A stretch of DNA of 64,000 nt from Ignavibacteriota bacterium (GTDB lineage: Bacteria; Bacteroidota; Ignavibacteria; Palsa-1295): contig PLYO01000010.1 of assembly GCA_003151825.1 (NCBI GenBank), positions 693 to 64,692 on the forward strand, written 5' to 3'. Each line of letters starts with the position of its first letter. The stretch's first letter is position 1. A program made the position numbers and the translations under genes. The notes beneath the pieces were generated by a model. The model did not search any database and had not been told where the DNA came from. It worked only from the letters and a program-made list of their open reading frames with translations. Below are positions 19,296 to 28,263 of this stretch, piece by piece.

Positions 19296-21347
19296 TTATT
19301 TCCTATAGCCTCGCTGTTGGCCGGGCCGCTGGTTGTGCCGACTGCGTGGCGCGGTGCGCTCCTCGGACCATTCGCGTTCATCGCCGCTGTTGGGCAAGGC
19401 CGATTGCTCATCGTTTCTGCGAGAGAGTTTTAGTGTAGGATGGCTCTCGTCGCTCTGCTCGTTGCTTTCCTCGTTGAAGTCCGATGCATTGTCATTCTCA
19501 TCGAGGGTTGCCGCCTCCTCCGCAGCCAGACTATCACCAAGTGCGGAGTATTCGGAGGTAATATCTTTTTTCTGTCGCGGGCTGTAGAATTTGAAATCAT
19601 CGCCCATGAGGGTATCGTCGAGTTCAAGTTTGATGCGGAGCAGATATTTTAGTTCCAACCGACGGAGCGGCGAGAGCAGTCCCTTGGCGAGCATCTCGGA
19701 AAGCGTCGGATGGATACGGAGTACGATCGTTCGCTCCTTGGATGCGGCACGGAAGCGTTCGAGCCATCGGTCGATCTGACTGATGATCGTGGCGCGACTG
19801 ACGAGCAGGCCCGTCCCACCGCACACGGGGCATGTTTCCGAAAGCGCATGCACGATGGACTGCCGGATGCGCTGCCGCGTGATTTGCATGAGGCCAAATT
19901 CCGTCAGCGGAAGGACGGAAGACTTCGCACGGTCGTTGCGAAGTTCTTTTCGCATTTCGTCATAGACTTTTTTGCGGTTGCGCTCCTCGCCCATATCGAT
20001 AAAGTCAATGACGATAATGCCGCCAATGTCCCGCAGACGCAGCTGTCTCGCAATGACGCGCGCCGCTTCGAGATTAGTCTTCAGCGTGTTTAGTTCCTGC
20101 TCGCGCCGGGCAGCATAGCGTCCGGAATTTACGTCGATAACGACCATCGCTTCCGTATGCTCGATGAAGAGATAGCCTCCGCTCGGAAGCTGGATTTTGC
20201 GCGTGAGCGTCTGCTCGATTTGGCTCTCGACATTGAACGCATCGAAAATAGCGCGGGGGCCGCGATAAAGCTCTACCGTGCCCGTCAGATTCGGCGCAGC
20301 CCATTCGACATAGTCCATCACTTCACGGTACATTTTGCGCGAGTCGATGACAATCCGGGTGATGTCCGGCGTAAAGAGATCGCGCATGACGCTGGAGGTC
20401 AGACTGGAATCGCGATAGACAAGCGTGGGAGGCTTTATTTCGCGGGCTTTTTTCTCGATCTCACGCCACTGCTCGAGAAGTTTTTCCAAATCTTCACGCA
20501 GCGCCGATTCCTCTTTATTCTCCGCAACCGTTCGTATGATGACGCCCAGCTCGCGCGGCTTGAGCGAACGGACAATCCGGCGCAGCCGCGTTCGCTCGCG
20601 GACGGAATACACTTTACGGCTAATGCCGATGCCCGGCTCGAACGGTACGAGGACGAGAAACCGTCCCGGAATAGAAATGCGACTGGTTACGCGCACGCCC
20701 TTGTTTGCGAATGCCTCGCGGGTGACTTGGACAAGAATCGGATGATCCGGTTCGAGCGTAATGTTCGCACCGAGCAGCGTCGGAAATGGGCGCGAAGCGC
20801 GCGCCTGCGAGCGCCCGGAAGCAGGGTCAAGTTCTTTCACCGTGCGCGCCTCATTCGCAAGCCGCAGTTCTAATTTTCCGCCGTTTCCATTCCCCGAAGT
20901 TGGCAGAAGCGCCGGCACCACGGCACGCGATGGGCCACGGTCGTTGAAGCGCATTCCGCCACGTCCACCGCTGCGGGGACGAAAGACTTTTTGCTCGGCG
21001 GCCGTCGCTCCTTCTTCGACTAAATAATCTTCTTCTTCATCGTCGTCGTCGCGCATTTCCGCATCCTCGCCGGCCAGGAATGCCGAGGAAGTCTCATAGG
21101 AATTGCCAACATCGGAAAAATGAAGGAACGCGTCTTGCTCTAATCCAACATCGATAAAAGCGGCATTCATGCCGGGGATCACTTTGGCGATGCGGCCCAG
21201 AAAAATATCGCCGACGTGGCGCTCTGTCTCGGGCGTTTCGACGAAGAGCTCCACTAAGTGATGCTCTTCGGTAATGGCAATGCGGACTTCGCCCTCTCGC
21301 TCCGCATTCATGACTATTTCTTTTCGTAATCGTTGTGGGTAATTCAC
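19296..21347 (-). CDS. rng: RNase E/G-family endoribonuclease
   Basis: 683 aa. S1 domain GDIFLGRIAKVIPGMNAAFIDVGLEQDAFLH, catalytic core GGIIVIDFIDM, Zn-link CPVCGGTG. Carries an unusual ~120-aa acidic/RGG insert and a charged C-terminal tail. Confidence 0.9.
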   Translation of the reverse strand: MNYPQRLRKEIVMNAEREGEVRIAITEEHHLVELFVETPETERHVGDIFLGRIAKVIPGMNAAFIDVGLEQDAFLHFSDVGNSYETSSAFLAGEDAEMRDDDDEEEDYLVEEGATAAEQKVFRPRSGGRGGMRFNDRGPSRAVVPALLPTSGNGNGGKLELRLANEARTVKELDPASGRSQARASRPFPTLLGANITLEPDHPILVQVTREAFANKGVRVTSRISIPGRFLVLVPFEPGIGISRKVYSVRERTRLRRIVRSLKPRELGVIIRTVAENKEESALREDLEKLLEQWREIEKKAREIKPPTLVYRDSSLTSSVMRDLFTPDITRIVIDSRKMYREVMDYVEWAAPNLTGTVELYRGPRAIFDAFNVESQIEQTLTRKIQLPSGGYLFIEHTEAMVVIDVNSGRYAARREQELNTLKTNLEAARVIARQLRLRDIGGIIVIDFIDMGEERNRKKVYDEMRKELRNDRAKSSVLPLTEFGLMQITRQRIRQSIVHALSETCPVCGGTGLLVSRATIISQIDRWLERFRAASKERTIVLRIHPTLSEMLAKGLLSPLRRLELKYLLRIKLELDDTLMGDDFKFYSPRQKKDITSEYSALGDSLAAEEAATLDENDNASDFNEESNEQSDESHPTLKLSRRNDEQSALPNSGDEREWSEERTAPRSRHNQRPGQQRGYRK

Positions 21348-22216
21348 GGTCGGTTCGTGCTATCGTTGCCAACGGCAACGTGAATGTTGCTTTAAAGCGC
21401 AACGGGTTAATGGATAGCACTTCGGACAGGGAGAGCGTGAACAAAGGCGCGCATCCTGCGCGCCCAGCTGTCTTAGCAGTATGAGGAGAGAGATAGACCT
21501 TTTCGACTACCTTACCATGCCGGGCGCGAACAAAGGAGCGCCCCGAAGATCGCTGCTGCGCAGCAGCCATGCATGACGGTGCCAGCGATATGCTTCACAT
21601 CGAAAAGATCGGTGGAAGCCTATTGCCAATGGCCTCGCAAAAGTCATCCGAAACCAATGTGGTTCGGCGTGAAGAGACGATGGTGGAATGTGTTCTTCCA
21701 GCGGGGCATGGCCAGCCAAACGCTTCTCGAATCCCGATGGGGAAACGCGAATAGCGGACGCCCGGGCGCGGGCGCGTCCGGAAAACCCGAAAAATAACGA
21801 AAGGAAGTACGGAATGAACTTCACCGGCTTGTCTCTTTGCCTGTCTCTAAACGGCGATTGCTGGCGTCACCTCGCTCCGGCAACATCCGCTGCCGCGAAC
21901 TCGCTGTTCGCTCCTGCGGACGGCCTGGCGATAGGTGAACACCCACGAGGGTTCAGCAATCGTCCTCTCTGCTGGCTTATGCGGTACGAAGGGGCCGCGA
22001 AACCGATAAGCCAGCGTAAACTGCTCTAACGACACTCGCACTGCTGAAAGAGGTTGTTGAAAAAAATCCTCTGCCAGCGTCCAAAGTGCAATGAATTAAA
22101 TTGTCAAAAAAGCTGCGAATTTTTCAGAGTCCGCCCATGCGATTGGGTAGCCGTGAAAGCGGGAGTGAAAGGCGCAGTTTCAAAAAATACGGCTTTAATT
22201 GATAGAAAAAGCCGAA

Positions 22217-22255
22217 TTAAAAAGAAGAACACCGGAAGTTCGGGAAACACTTCCG
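22217..22255 (-). terminator. Rho-independent terminator after tRNA-Asp
   Basis: Minus strand reads cggaagt-gtttcccga-acttccg, followed by gtgttcttcttttt. Confidence 0.6.
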
Positions 22256-22289
22256 TAATCTTTTGGCCGGGTGCCATCCGAATTAATGC

Positions 22290-22366
22290 TGGCGGAGCGG
22301 ACGGGACTCGAACCCGCGACCTCCTACGTGACAGGCAGGCGTTCTAACCAGCTGAACTACCGCTCC
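22290..22366 (-). tRNA. tRNA-Asp (GUC), CCA encoded
   Basis: Minus strand: GGAGCGGTAGTTCAGCTGGTTAGAACGCCTGCCTGTCACGTAGGAGGTCGCGGGTTCGAGTCCCGTCCGCTCCGCCA. Cloverleaf folds by eye. Anticodon loop is CUGUCAC. Confidence 0.93.
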
Positions 22367-22370
22367 ATGT

Positions 22371-22458
22371 CAATTAGAAATTAAGAATTAAGAATTAAGA
22401 ATTCAGGGGAAAATACCTCTCCTAAAATTCTTAATTCTTAATTCTCAATTCTTAATTG
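22371..22458. repeat. AT-rich 33-nt-arm imperfect palindrome built from tandem TTAAGAA heptamers, in the spacer between the two tRNAs
   Basis: Left arm 22371-22403, caattagaaattaagaattaagaattaagaatt. Right arm 22426-22458, whose reverse complement matches at 30 of 33 positions. Loop of 22 nt. Confidence 0.85.
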
Positions 22459-22464
22459 AAACCG

Positions 22465-22537
<73 letters not shown>

Positions 22538-22611
22538 TGGCGTGAACTGACCGCGCCGCAAAACGGGCAATGCGATAACGCGGTTCCCTTCGACCTTAAA
22601 CTTATCCAAGT

Positions 22612-24513
22612 TCAAACCTCTGCCAACTCCGTCCACCTTACAAATGCCCGATCGTTCCGCGCATTTAACTCCGTCAGTTCGGCGATGAGCGCGGTTATCG
22701 TTTGATAATCGGTTTCCGGAACGTTCAATGCTAATTCAATTTCTTTCTTACGCGATTCATCCTTTGCAATTTCCTTCTCTAATCGTTCCAACTCCTGCTT
22801 CTCTTTATAAGAAAGCTTTCGAGATTTTGTATTTGGAGTGGGAATAGTAACCGGAGTTGGCGCAGATTTCGTCTTTTTCGACTGTGCATCAATCGCTTGT
22901 TTTGCTTCTCGCTCTTCCCGATCTCGAATTTCCAAAAATGCACTATAATTACCGGGATATTCCCTGATGCGGCCTTCGCCTTCGAAGCGGAAAACACGAT
23001 CGACAACCCGATCGAGAAAATAACGGTCGTGGCTCACGGCAATCACACTTCCGGCGAAGGTATCGAGATATTCTTCCAGCGCGACGAGCGAGGGGATGTC
23101 AAGATCGTTTGTCGGCTCATCGAGCAGGAGAACATTCGGCGCTTCCATCAACAGACGGAGAAGATATAGTCTCCGCCGCTCGCCGCCGGAAAGTTTGGAG
23201 ATTGGAGCAAATTGCATTGCGGGCGGGAACAGAAATCGCTCGGCCATTTGGCTTGCACTGATCGTCGAGCCATCGGCTGTCTTGAGATTTTCACCGGCCT
23301 CTTTTACATATTCGATGAGCCGCTGATCTTCGTTCATTCGCTTATTTTCCTGATCGTAATATCCAATCGAAACGGTAGGACCGAGACTGATCGAGCCACT
23401 ATCCGGCTGAATGCGGCCCACAATCATATCGAGAAGTGTTGTCTTTCCTGTCCCATTTGCGCCAATAATTCCCAGCCGGTCGGCGCGCTGGACGATATAG
23501 GTAAAATCTTTGACAAGCGTTAGATCGTCATACCGTTTCGAGACCTTTTCGAATTCGATCACTTTCGTTCCAAGCCGCCTGCCAACAGCACCGATCTCGA
23601 TCTCTTTTTTCGGCCCCTCGCGGGGCGCGGAAAGCATTTCTTGCGCCCGATCGACGCGAGCTTTCTGCTTGGTCGATCTTGCTTTTGCGCCGCGGCGCAG
23701 CCATGCAAGCTCTGCTCGCATTAGCTGCTTCAGTTTCTGATGCTCTGCATCGCGGCGTGCCTCCTGATCGGCTTTCTTCTCCAAATAATAGGAATAATTA
23801 CCGGAAAATGTCTGCGTGGTCCCTCCATCTATCTCGACGATACGATTCGTGACTCTATCGAGAAAATATCTGTCGTGCGTAACGAGAAACAGTGCGCCGG
23901 AATATCGTTCCAGATAATCTTCGAGCCACTGGATCGTCTCGGCATCGAGATGATTCGTTGGTTCGTCGAGAATTAGCAGATCGGGCCGAGTGATAAGTGC
24001 ATGTGCCAGCGCAACCCGCTTTCGCTGACCGCCGGATAGCGTTCCGACTTGCTGCTCCGTGTCGGTAATGCCAAGCTGTGCCAAAATCGACTTCGCGTTC
24101 GATTCCAATTCCCATGCTCCGGCAGCATCGAGTTGAGCGGATAGATCGGTCATCCGATTGAGCAGCTTCATGTTATCGTGATCGTGCTCCAAAGCCACGC
24201 AAGCAGCTTCGTAATCGTGAATAAGCTGCATCGTCGCACTACTTTTTGAAAAGAGTGCATCGAGGACAGAAAGCTTTTCGTCAAACTTCGGGTGCTGCGG
24301 CAAATATCCGATCTGCGCGCCATCGGCAATCACAATCTCGCCGGAATCCGAAGCGATTTCGCCAGCCAGAATTCGCATGAGCGTCGTCTTTCCGGAGCCA
24401 TTGACGCCGATCAGGCCAACGCGATCCCGCCAGTCAATTCCAAATGTGACTTGCGAAAATAGCGGCTTGTTGCGAAAATCCTTGCTGAGATTTAGTGCGG
24501 TGAGTACGGGCAT
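22612..24513 (-). CDS. ABC-F family ATPase (Uup/YbiT-like; two ABC cassettes, no membrane domain)
   Basis: 633 aa. Walker A GVNGSGKTTL and GANGTGKTTL, signatures LSGGQRKRVALA and LSGGERRRLYLL, charged linker and C-terminal coiled-coil tail. Confidence 0.92.
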   Translation of the reverse strand: MPVLTALNLSKDFRNKPLFSQVTFGIDWRDRVGLIGVNGSGKTTLMRILAGEIASDSGEIVIADGAQIGYLPQHPKFDEKLSVLDALFSKSSATMQLIHDYEAACVALEHDHDNMKLLNRMTDLSAQLDAAGAWELESNAKSILAQLGITDTEQQVGTLSGGQRKRVALAHALITRPDLLILDEPTNHLDAETIQWLEDYLERYSGALFLVTHDRYFLDRVTNRIVEIDGGTTQTFSGNYSYYLEKKADQEARRDAEHQKLKQLMRAELAWLRRGAKARSTKQKARVDRAQEMLSAPREGPKKEIEIGAVGRRLGTKVIEFEKVSKRYDDLTLVKDFTYIVQRADRLGIIGANGTGKTTLLDMIVGRIQPDSGSISLGPTVSIGYYDQENKRMNEDQRLIEYVKEAGENLKTADGSTISASQMAERFLFPPAMQFAPISKLSGGERRRLYLLRLLMEAPNVLLLDEPTNDLDIPSLVALEEYLDTFAGSVIAVSHDRYFLDRVVDRVFRFEGEGRIREYPGNYSAFLEIRDREEREAKQAIDAQSKKTKSAPTPVTIPTPNTKSRKLSYKEKQELERLEKEIAKDESRKKEIELALNVPETDYQTITALIAELTELNARNDRAFVRWTELAEV

Positions 24514-24526
24514 TTATCTGCAACGT

Positions 24527-26107
24527 TTACGCATTCCAAAACTGCCGATCCAAACTCCGATATTGTATTGCCTCGCTAAGATGGGCAGGCGTTATCGCTT
24601 CTGCTCCAGCGAGATCAGCAATGGTACGAGATACTTTTAAAATTCTATCGTAGGCGCGGGCAGAATAACCCATCCGCGACATTGCCATCTTCAAAATCGT
24701 GCGGCCTTCATCGCCTATCTCGCAGTATTCGTGAAGCAATTTCGGCGGAAGATCGGCGTTCTTGAAAATTCTTCGCTTTCCGCCGGGAATCATTAGTCCT
24801 TTATATCGCTCCTGCTGCCGTTCGCGGGCTTGAAGCACACGCTCGCGGATTTTCGCCGATGGCTCGCCCGAAGATTTTTTTGAAAGCTCTTCGATTTTCA
24901 CGCTCGGAACTTCGATATGAATGTCTATGCGGTCTAAGAGCGGGCCAGAAACTTTGCTCATGTATCGCTGTATCGCTCCCTCAGCGCAGGAGCAGGAGTG
25001 AACCGTCGAGCCAAAGTTCCCGCAGGGACACGGGTTCATCGCGCAGATGAGCATAAAGTTCGCCGGATATTCGACGGTCATCCGCGTGCGCGAAATCGTG
25101 ATCGTGCCATCTTCGAGCGGCTGCCGCAAAACTTCAAGCACATTACGCTGAAATTCTGGAAGTTCATCCATAAACAACACACCATGATGCGCGAGCGAAA
25201 TTTCTCCCGGACGAATATTCACCATTCCTCCACCAACCAGCGCAGCATCTGAAATGGTATGATGCGGAGAACGAAATGGGCGAGTAGTGAGCAATGGTGT
25301 GCTCGGTGGCAGCGTGCCTGCTACGGAATGAATCTTCGTCGTCTCCAACGCTTCATCGAACGTGAGCGGCGGGAGGATGGATGGGAACCGTTTTGCCAAC
25401 ATGCTCTTGCCCGAACCCGGAGAGCCGACCATAATTAGATTGTGTCCGCCCGCCGCCGCGACTTCGAGCGCCCGTTTCACCGCTTCCTGTCCTTTTACTT
25501 CGGCAAAATCGAGAACCGAATGCTGGGCATCCTCTCTAAATATTTTTTCTATATCAATATGTACTGGTTCTGGAGTGAGCAATCCATTCAAAAAATCGAC
25601 AGCCTCGCGGAGCGTGTTCAGTCCATAAACTTCCAATTCTTTCACAAGTCCCGCTTCACCGGCATTTGCGGCGGGAAGTATCATCCCTTTGATGCTCGGA
25701 TATTTCTCGCGCATCTTTTTTGCATGGAGCGCGACATTCAGCGCTCCGCGCACCGGACGAATCGCACCATCGAGCGCAAGCTCGCCGAGCACGACATATT
25801 CTTTCAATTTGTCGCCATCGACCACACCGCCGGTCGCAAGCATACCAAGCGCGATCGGAAGATCGAAGGAACTGCCCTCCTTACGAATATCCGCCGGCGC
25901 GAGATTGATCGTGATCTTTCGGTTTGTATCGAACGGAATCGCACTGTTTTTCATCGCCGAAAGCACCCGCTCCTTGCTCTCGCGGACTGCCGAATCCGGC
26001 AAGCCGACGATAGCAAATCCCGGCACATGCGCCTCGACATGCGTCTCGATTTCGACGGTATAGGCTTCGATGCCTTGTGTGGTCGCGGTGTAACAGCGGG
26101 AGAACAT
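24527..26107 (-). CDS. comM: Mg-chelatase-like AAA+ protein YifB/ComM
   Basis: 526 aa. Lon-like N-domain (GFAIVGLPDSAVRESKERV), Walker A MVGSPGSGKSMLA, GVLFMDELPEF. Confidence 0.93.
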   Translation of the reverse strand: MFSRCYTATTQGIEAYTVEIETHVEAHVPGFAIVGLPDSAVRESKERVLSAMKNSAIPFDTNRKITINLAPADIRKEGSSFDLPIALGMLATGGVVDGDKLKEYVVLGELALDGAIRPVRGALNVALHAKKMREKYPSIKGMILPAANAGEAGLVKELEVYGLNTLREAVDFLNGLLTPEPVHIDIEKIFREDAQHSVLDFAEVKGQEAVKRALEVAAAGGHNLIMVGSPGSGKSMLAKRFPSILPPLTFDEALETTKIHSVAGTLPPSTPLLTTRPFRSPHHTISDAALVGGGMVNIRPGEISLAHHGVLFMDELPEFQRNVLEVLRQPLEDGTITISRTRMTVEYPANFMLICAMNPCPCGNFGSTVHSCSCAEGAIQRYMSKVSGPLLDRIDIHIEVPSVKIEELSKKSSGEPSAKIRERVLQARERQQERYKGLMIPGGKRRIFKNADLPPKLLHEYCEIGDEGRTILKMAMSRMGYSARAYDRILKVSRTIADLAGAEAITPAHLSEAIQYRSLDRQFWNA

Positions 26108-26243
26108 TCTTTCAGTAACGAGTTATGAGTAACGAGTCGGGTCACGAAACAATAAATTCGGTAAAACGTGACCGCGACTCGATCTCATTGAAATTTCCAT
26201 TGTTGTCTCTAAAAAAACAGGTGCCTGCTTTGCGTTTGTTCTT

Positions 26244-26497
26244 TTGGAGTTCATGAACTATGCCGTTTTCAAGCCAATTCCGCCATTTTTCAATAAGAAA
26301 AGGTGCTCAAAATGTGTTTTCACGTTTAATTTTCATTTTACTTTTCATGAACTTATGCATTTCCTTTCATACCGAAAACCCATGCCCCTTTCATAATTCA
26401 TACTTCATAATTCATACTTGCCCCATAGGTGCCCATCAAAGTCCCATCTAATATACGCCAATTCGGATGACAATGCCAAGAATCCGGAAAAATAATT
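26244..26497 (+). repeat. Dispersed ~240-bp intergenic element, copy 1 (upstream of rhlE)
   Basis: Shares ordered blocks with 42146-42368: TTGGAGTTCATGAACT (16/16), GCCA.TT.CGCCA.TTTTC, GGTGCC.ATCA.AG, CTAATATACGC, CAATG.CAAG, GAAAAATAATT. The middle of the element is variable. Confidence 0.75.
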
Positions 26498-26564
26498 ATT
26501 CGCCTTGGGATCGAATGGTATTTCGTCCTTTAATAATAGTTGCTCGCTGAGCGTTACAGTGCTC

Positions 26565-27908
26565 ATGCCATTCCAAGCTTTAGGTATTATCGAGCCGATC
26601 CTTCGCGCATTGCACGACGAAGGCTATCGCACTCCCACGCCGATTCAGCAGCAGGCCATTCCTATCGTCCTGCAAGGCAAAGACCTTCTCGGCGTCGCGC
26701 AAACCGGGACGGGTAAGACCGCCGCGTTTGCAGTCCCGATTCTTCAACTACTCGGCGCCAACAAAGCGCATGGAAAGAGAAAGCACATTCGATGTCTTAT
26801 CCTCACTCCCACGCGGGAACTTGCCGTGCAAATCGAAGAAAGCTTCGAGGCGTACGGCAGATACATGGGACTTTCAAGCGTTGTGATTTTCGGCGGCGTG
26901 AAGCAAGGCGCGCAGACAAGCGCGCTGCATCGCGGAGTGGATATTGTCGTCGCAACGCCGGGACGCTTGCTCGATCTGATGGATCAGGGATACGTCGATT
27001 TGCGGCACGTCGAGATTTTGGTGCTCGACGAAGCCGATCGTATGCTCGATATGGGTTTCGTCCACGATGTGAAGGATATTATCGCGGAGTTACCTCAAAA
27101 ACGACAGACGCTTTTCTTCTCAGCCACCATGCCACCGGCGATTGTCCAGCTTGCAGGAAGTATTCTCGATCATCCGGTGAAGGTTGCCGTCACGCCGCCG
27201 GCTACAATGGTGGATATGATTCAGCAATCGCTGTATTATGTAGAGAAGGCAAAGAAGCCGGAACTTTTGCTGTATATTTTAGATGACAGCAACATCAAAA
27301 GCGCGCTTGTCTTTACTCGCACCAAGCGCGGCGCCGATGTCGTAGCGAGAACGTTGGAACGAGAACACATCAAGGCCGAAGCGATTCACGGCAATAAAGC
27401 GCAGAATGCCCGGCAGCGCGCGCTTGATAATTTTAAGTCAAAAAAGACGCGCGTGCTTGTCGCGACCGACATTGCCGCGCGCGGAATAGATATTGACGAT
27501 CTGCAATACGTCATCAATTATGAAATCCCGAATATCCCTGAGACGTACGTGCATCGCATTGGTCGCACGGGACGCGCCGGAGCATCCGGGAACGCGATCT
27601 CCTTCTGCCAGCCCGACGAAAAGCCCTACATCCGCGACATCGAAAAGCTGGCCGGGAAGAAAATTCCCGTCGCGCACGATAATCCGTTTGGGCATAGTGA
27701 ACGCTCTCACGCGCACGATGATCGCGGCCCCGCTCCGCAGCTCAATATTGCAAGACGTGAGCAGCATTCGAAGCCGCAGCACGCAAAAACTCAGCTTCAG
27801 CCTCGACAGGATGGAAACCAGCAGCGGCAACAGAAACTTGGCCCTGCATCCAACCAAAAGCCGAAAGCAAATCATGGACGGAGAAGGAGATGGCCGGGGC
27901 GGGGGTGA
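26565..27908 (+). CDS. rhlE: DEAD-box ATP-dependent RNA helicase with basic/Gln-rich C-terminal tail
   Basis: Q motif [45 protein letters not shown]. The ATG at 26565 ([11 protein letters not shown]...) is preferred over the TTG at 26505. Confidence 0.93.
   Translation: MPFQALGIIEPILRALHDEGYRTPTPIQQQAIPIVLQGKDLLGVAQTGTGKTAAFAVPILQLLGANKAHGKRKHIRCLILTPTRELAVQIEESFEAYGRYMGLSSVVIFGGVKQGAQTSALHRGVDIVVATPGRLLDLMDQGYVDLRHVEILVLDEADRMLDMGFVHDVKDIIAELPQKRQTLFFSATMPPAIVQLAGSILDHPVKVAVTPPATMVDMIQQSLYYVEKAKKPELLLYILDDSNIKSALVFTRTKRGADVVARTLEREHIKAEAIHGNKAQNARQRALDNFKSKKTRVLVATDIAARGIDIDDLQYVINYEIPNIPETYVHRIGRTGRAGASGNAISFCQPDEKPYIRDIEKLAGKKIPVAHDNPFGHSERSHAHDDRGPAPQLNIARREQHSKPQHAKTQLQPRQDGNQQRQQKLGPASNQKPKANHGRRRRWPGRG
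27849..27906 (+). repeat. Direct repeat copy 1; this is the authentic 3' coding end of rhlE
   Basis: 53 of 58 nt identical to 28193-28250. Encodes [19 protein letters not shown], then TGA. Confidence 0.9.
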
Positions 27909-27961
27909 GCTTGGAACTTCATCCTCTCAAATTTAATTATTATATATGGAGGCTTTTAATA

Positions 27962-28177
27962 ATGAGCATGACATTTTCAGATTTAGTCGAAGAAGTTCGG
28001 CATCGGCCTGTCGAACAGAAGGCAGAACTCGAACACCTTCTGAAACGCGATCTTATCGAGGCCCGGCGAGCCGAGATTCATGAAAATCATCTTCAAGCCG
28101 TCGAGGAAGTGAAAAACAGTAAACGCATTCCCACTTCTGATGTGGATGAATTTATGCGCCGGCTCGATCAAGCGTAA
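27962..28177 (+). CDS. Small helical protein resembling a type II antitoxin; no partner toxin present
   Basis: 71 aa, MSMTFSDLVEEVRHRPVEQKAELEHLLKRDLIEARRAEIHENHLQAVEEVKNSKRIPTSDVDEFMRRLDQA. GGAGG lies 9 nt upstream of the ATG. The antitoxin call rests on pattern recognition only. Confidence 0.55.
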   Translation: MSMTFSDLVEEVRHRPVEQKAELEHLLKRDLIEARRAEIHENHLQAVEEVKNSKRIPTSDVDEFMRRLDQA

Positions 28178-28192
28178 AAACCCGCCCAGCAC

Positions 28193-28250
28193 TCCAACCA
28201 AAAGCCGAAAATAAATCATGGCCGAAGAAGGAGATGGGCGGGGCGGGGGT
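28193..28250 (+). repeat. Direct repeat copy 2; a displaced pseudo-copy of the rhlE 3' end
   Basis: Still reads [19 protein letters not shown], then TAA. Differences from copy 1 include two synonymous changes and a stop-to-stop change. Confidence 0.9.
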
Positions 28251-28263
28251 AATCAGACCGGAT

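Noticed and set aside
18754-19308. 184-aa plus-strand ORF
   Set aside because: It runs antisense through the IS3 remnant and across unrelated spacer DNA. It has no motif and a low-complexity composition.
21348-22216. RNase P RNA, tmRNA or SRP RNA in the ORF-free region
   Set aside because: I looked on both strands for GAGGAAAGUCC / ACAGAA..GGCUUA (RNase P), a GGGG..UGA 5' end with a tRNA-like 3' end (tmRNA), and GGUCCGGAAGGAAGCAGC (SRP). Only short partial matches turned up (GGCUUAUCGG, GCGAUUGCUGGC), and these are arms of a local hairpin. The evidence is insufficient.
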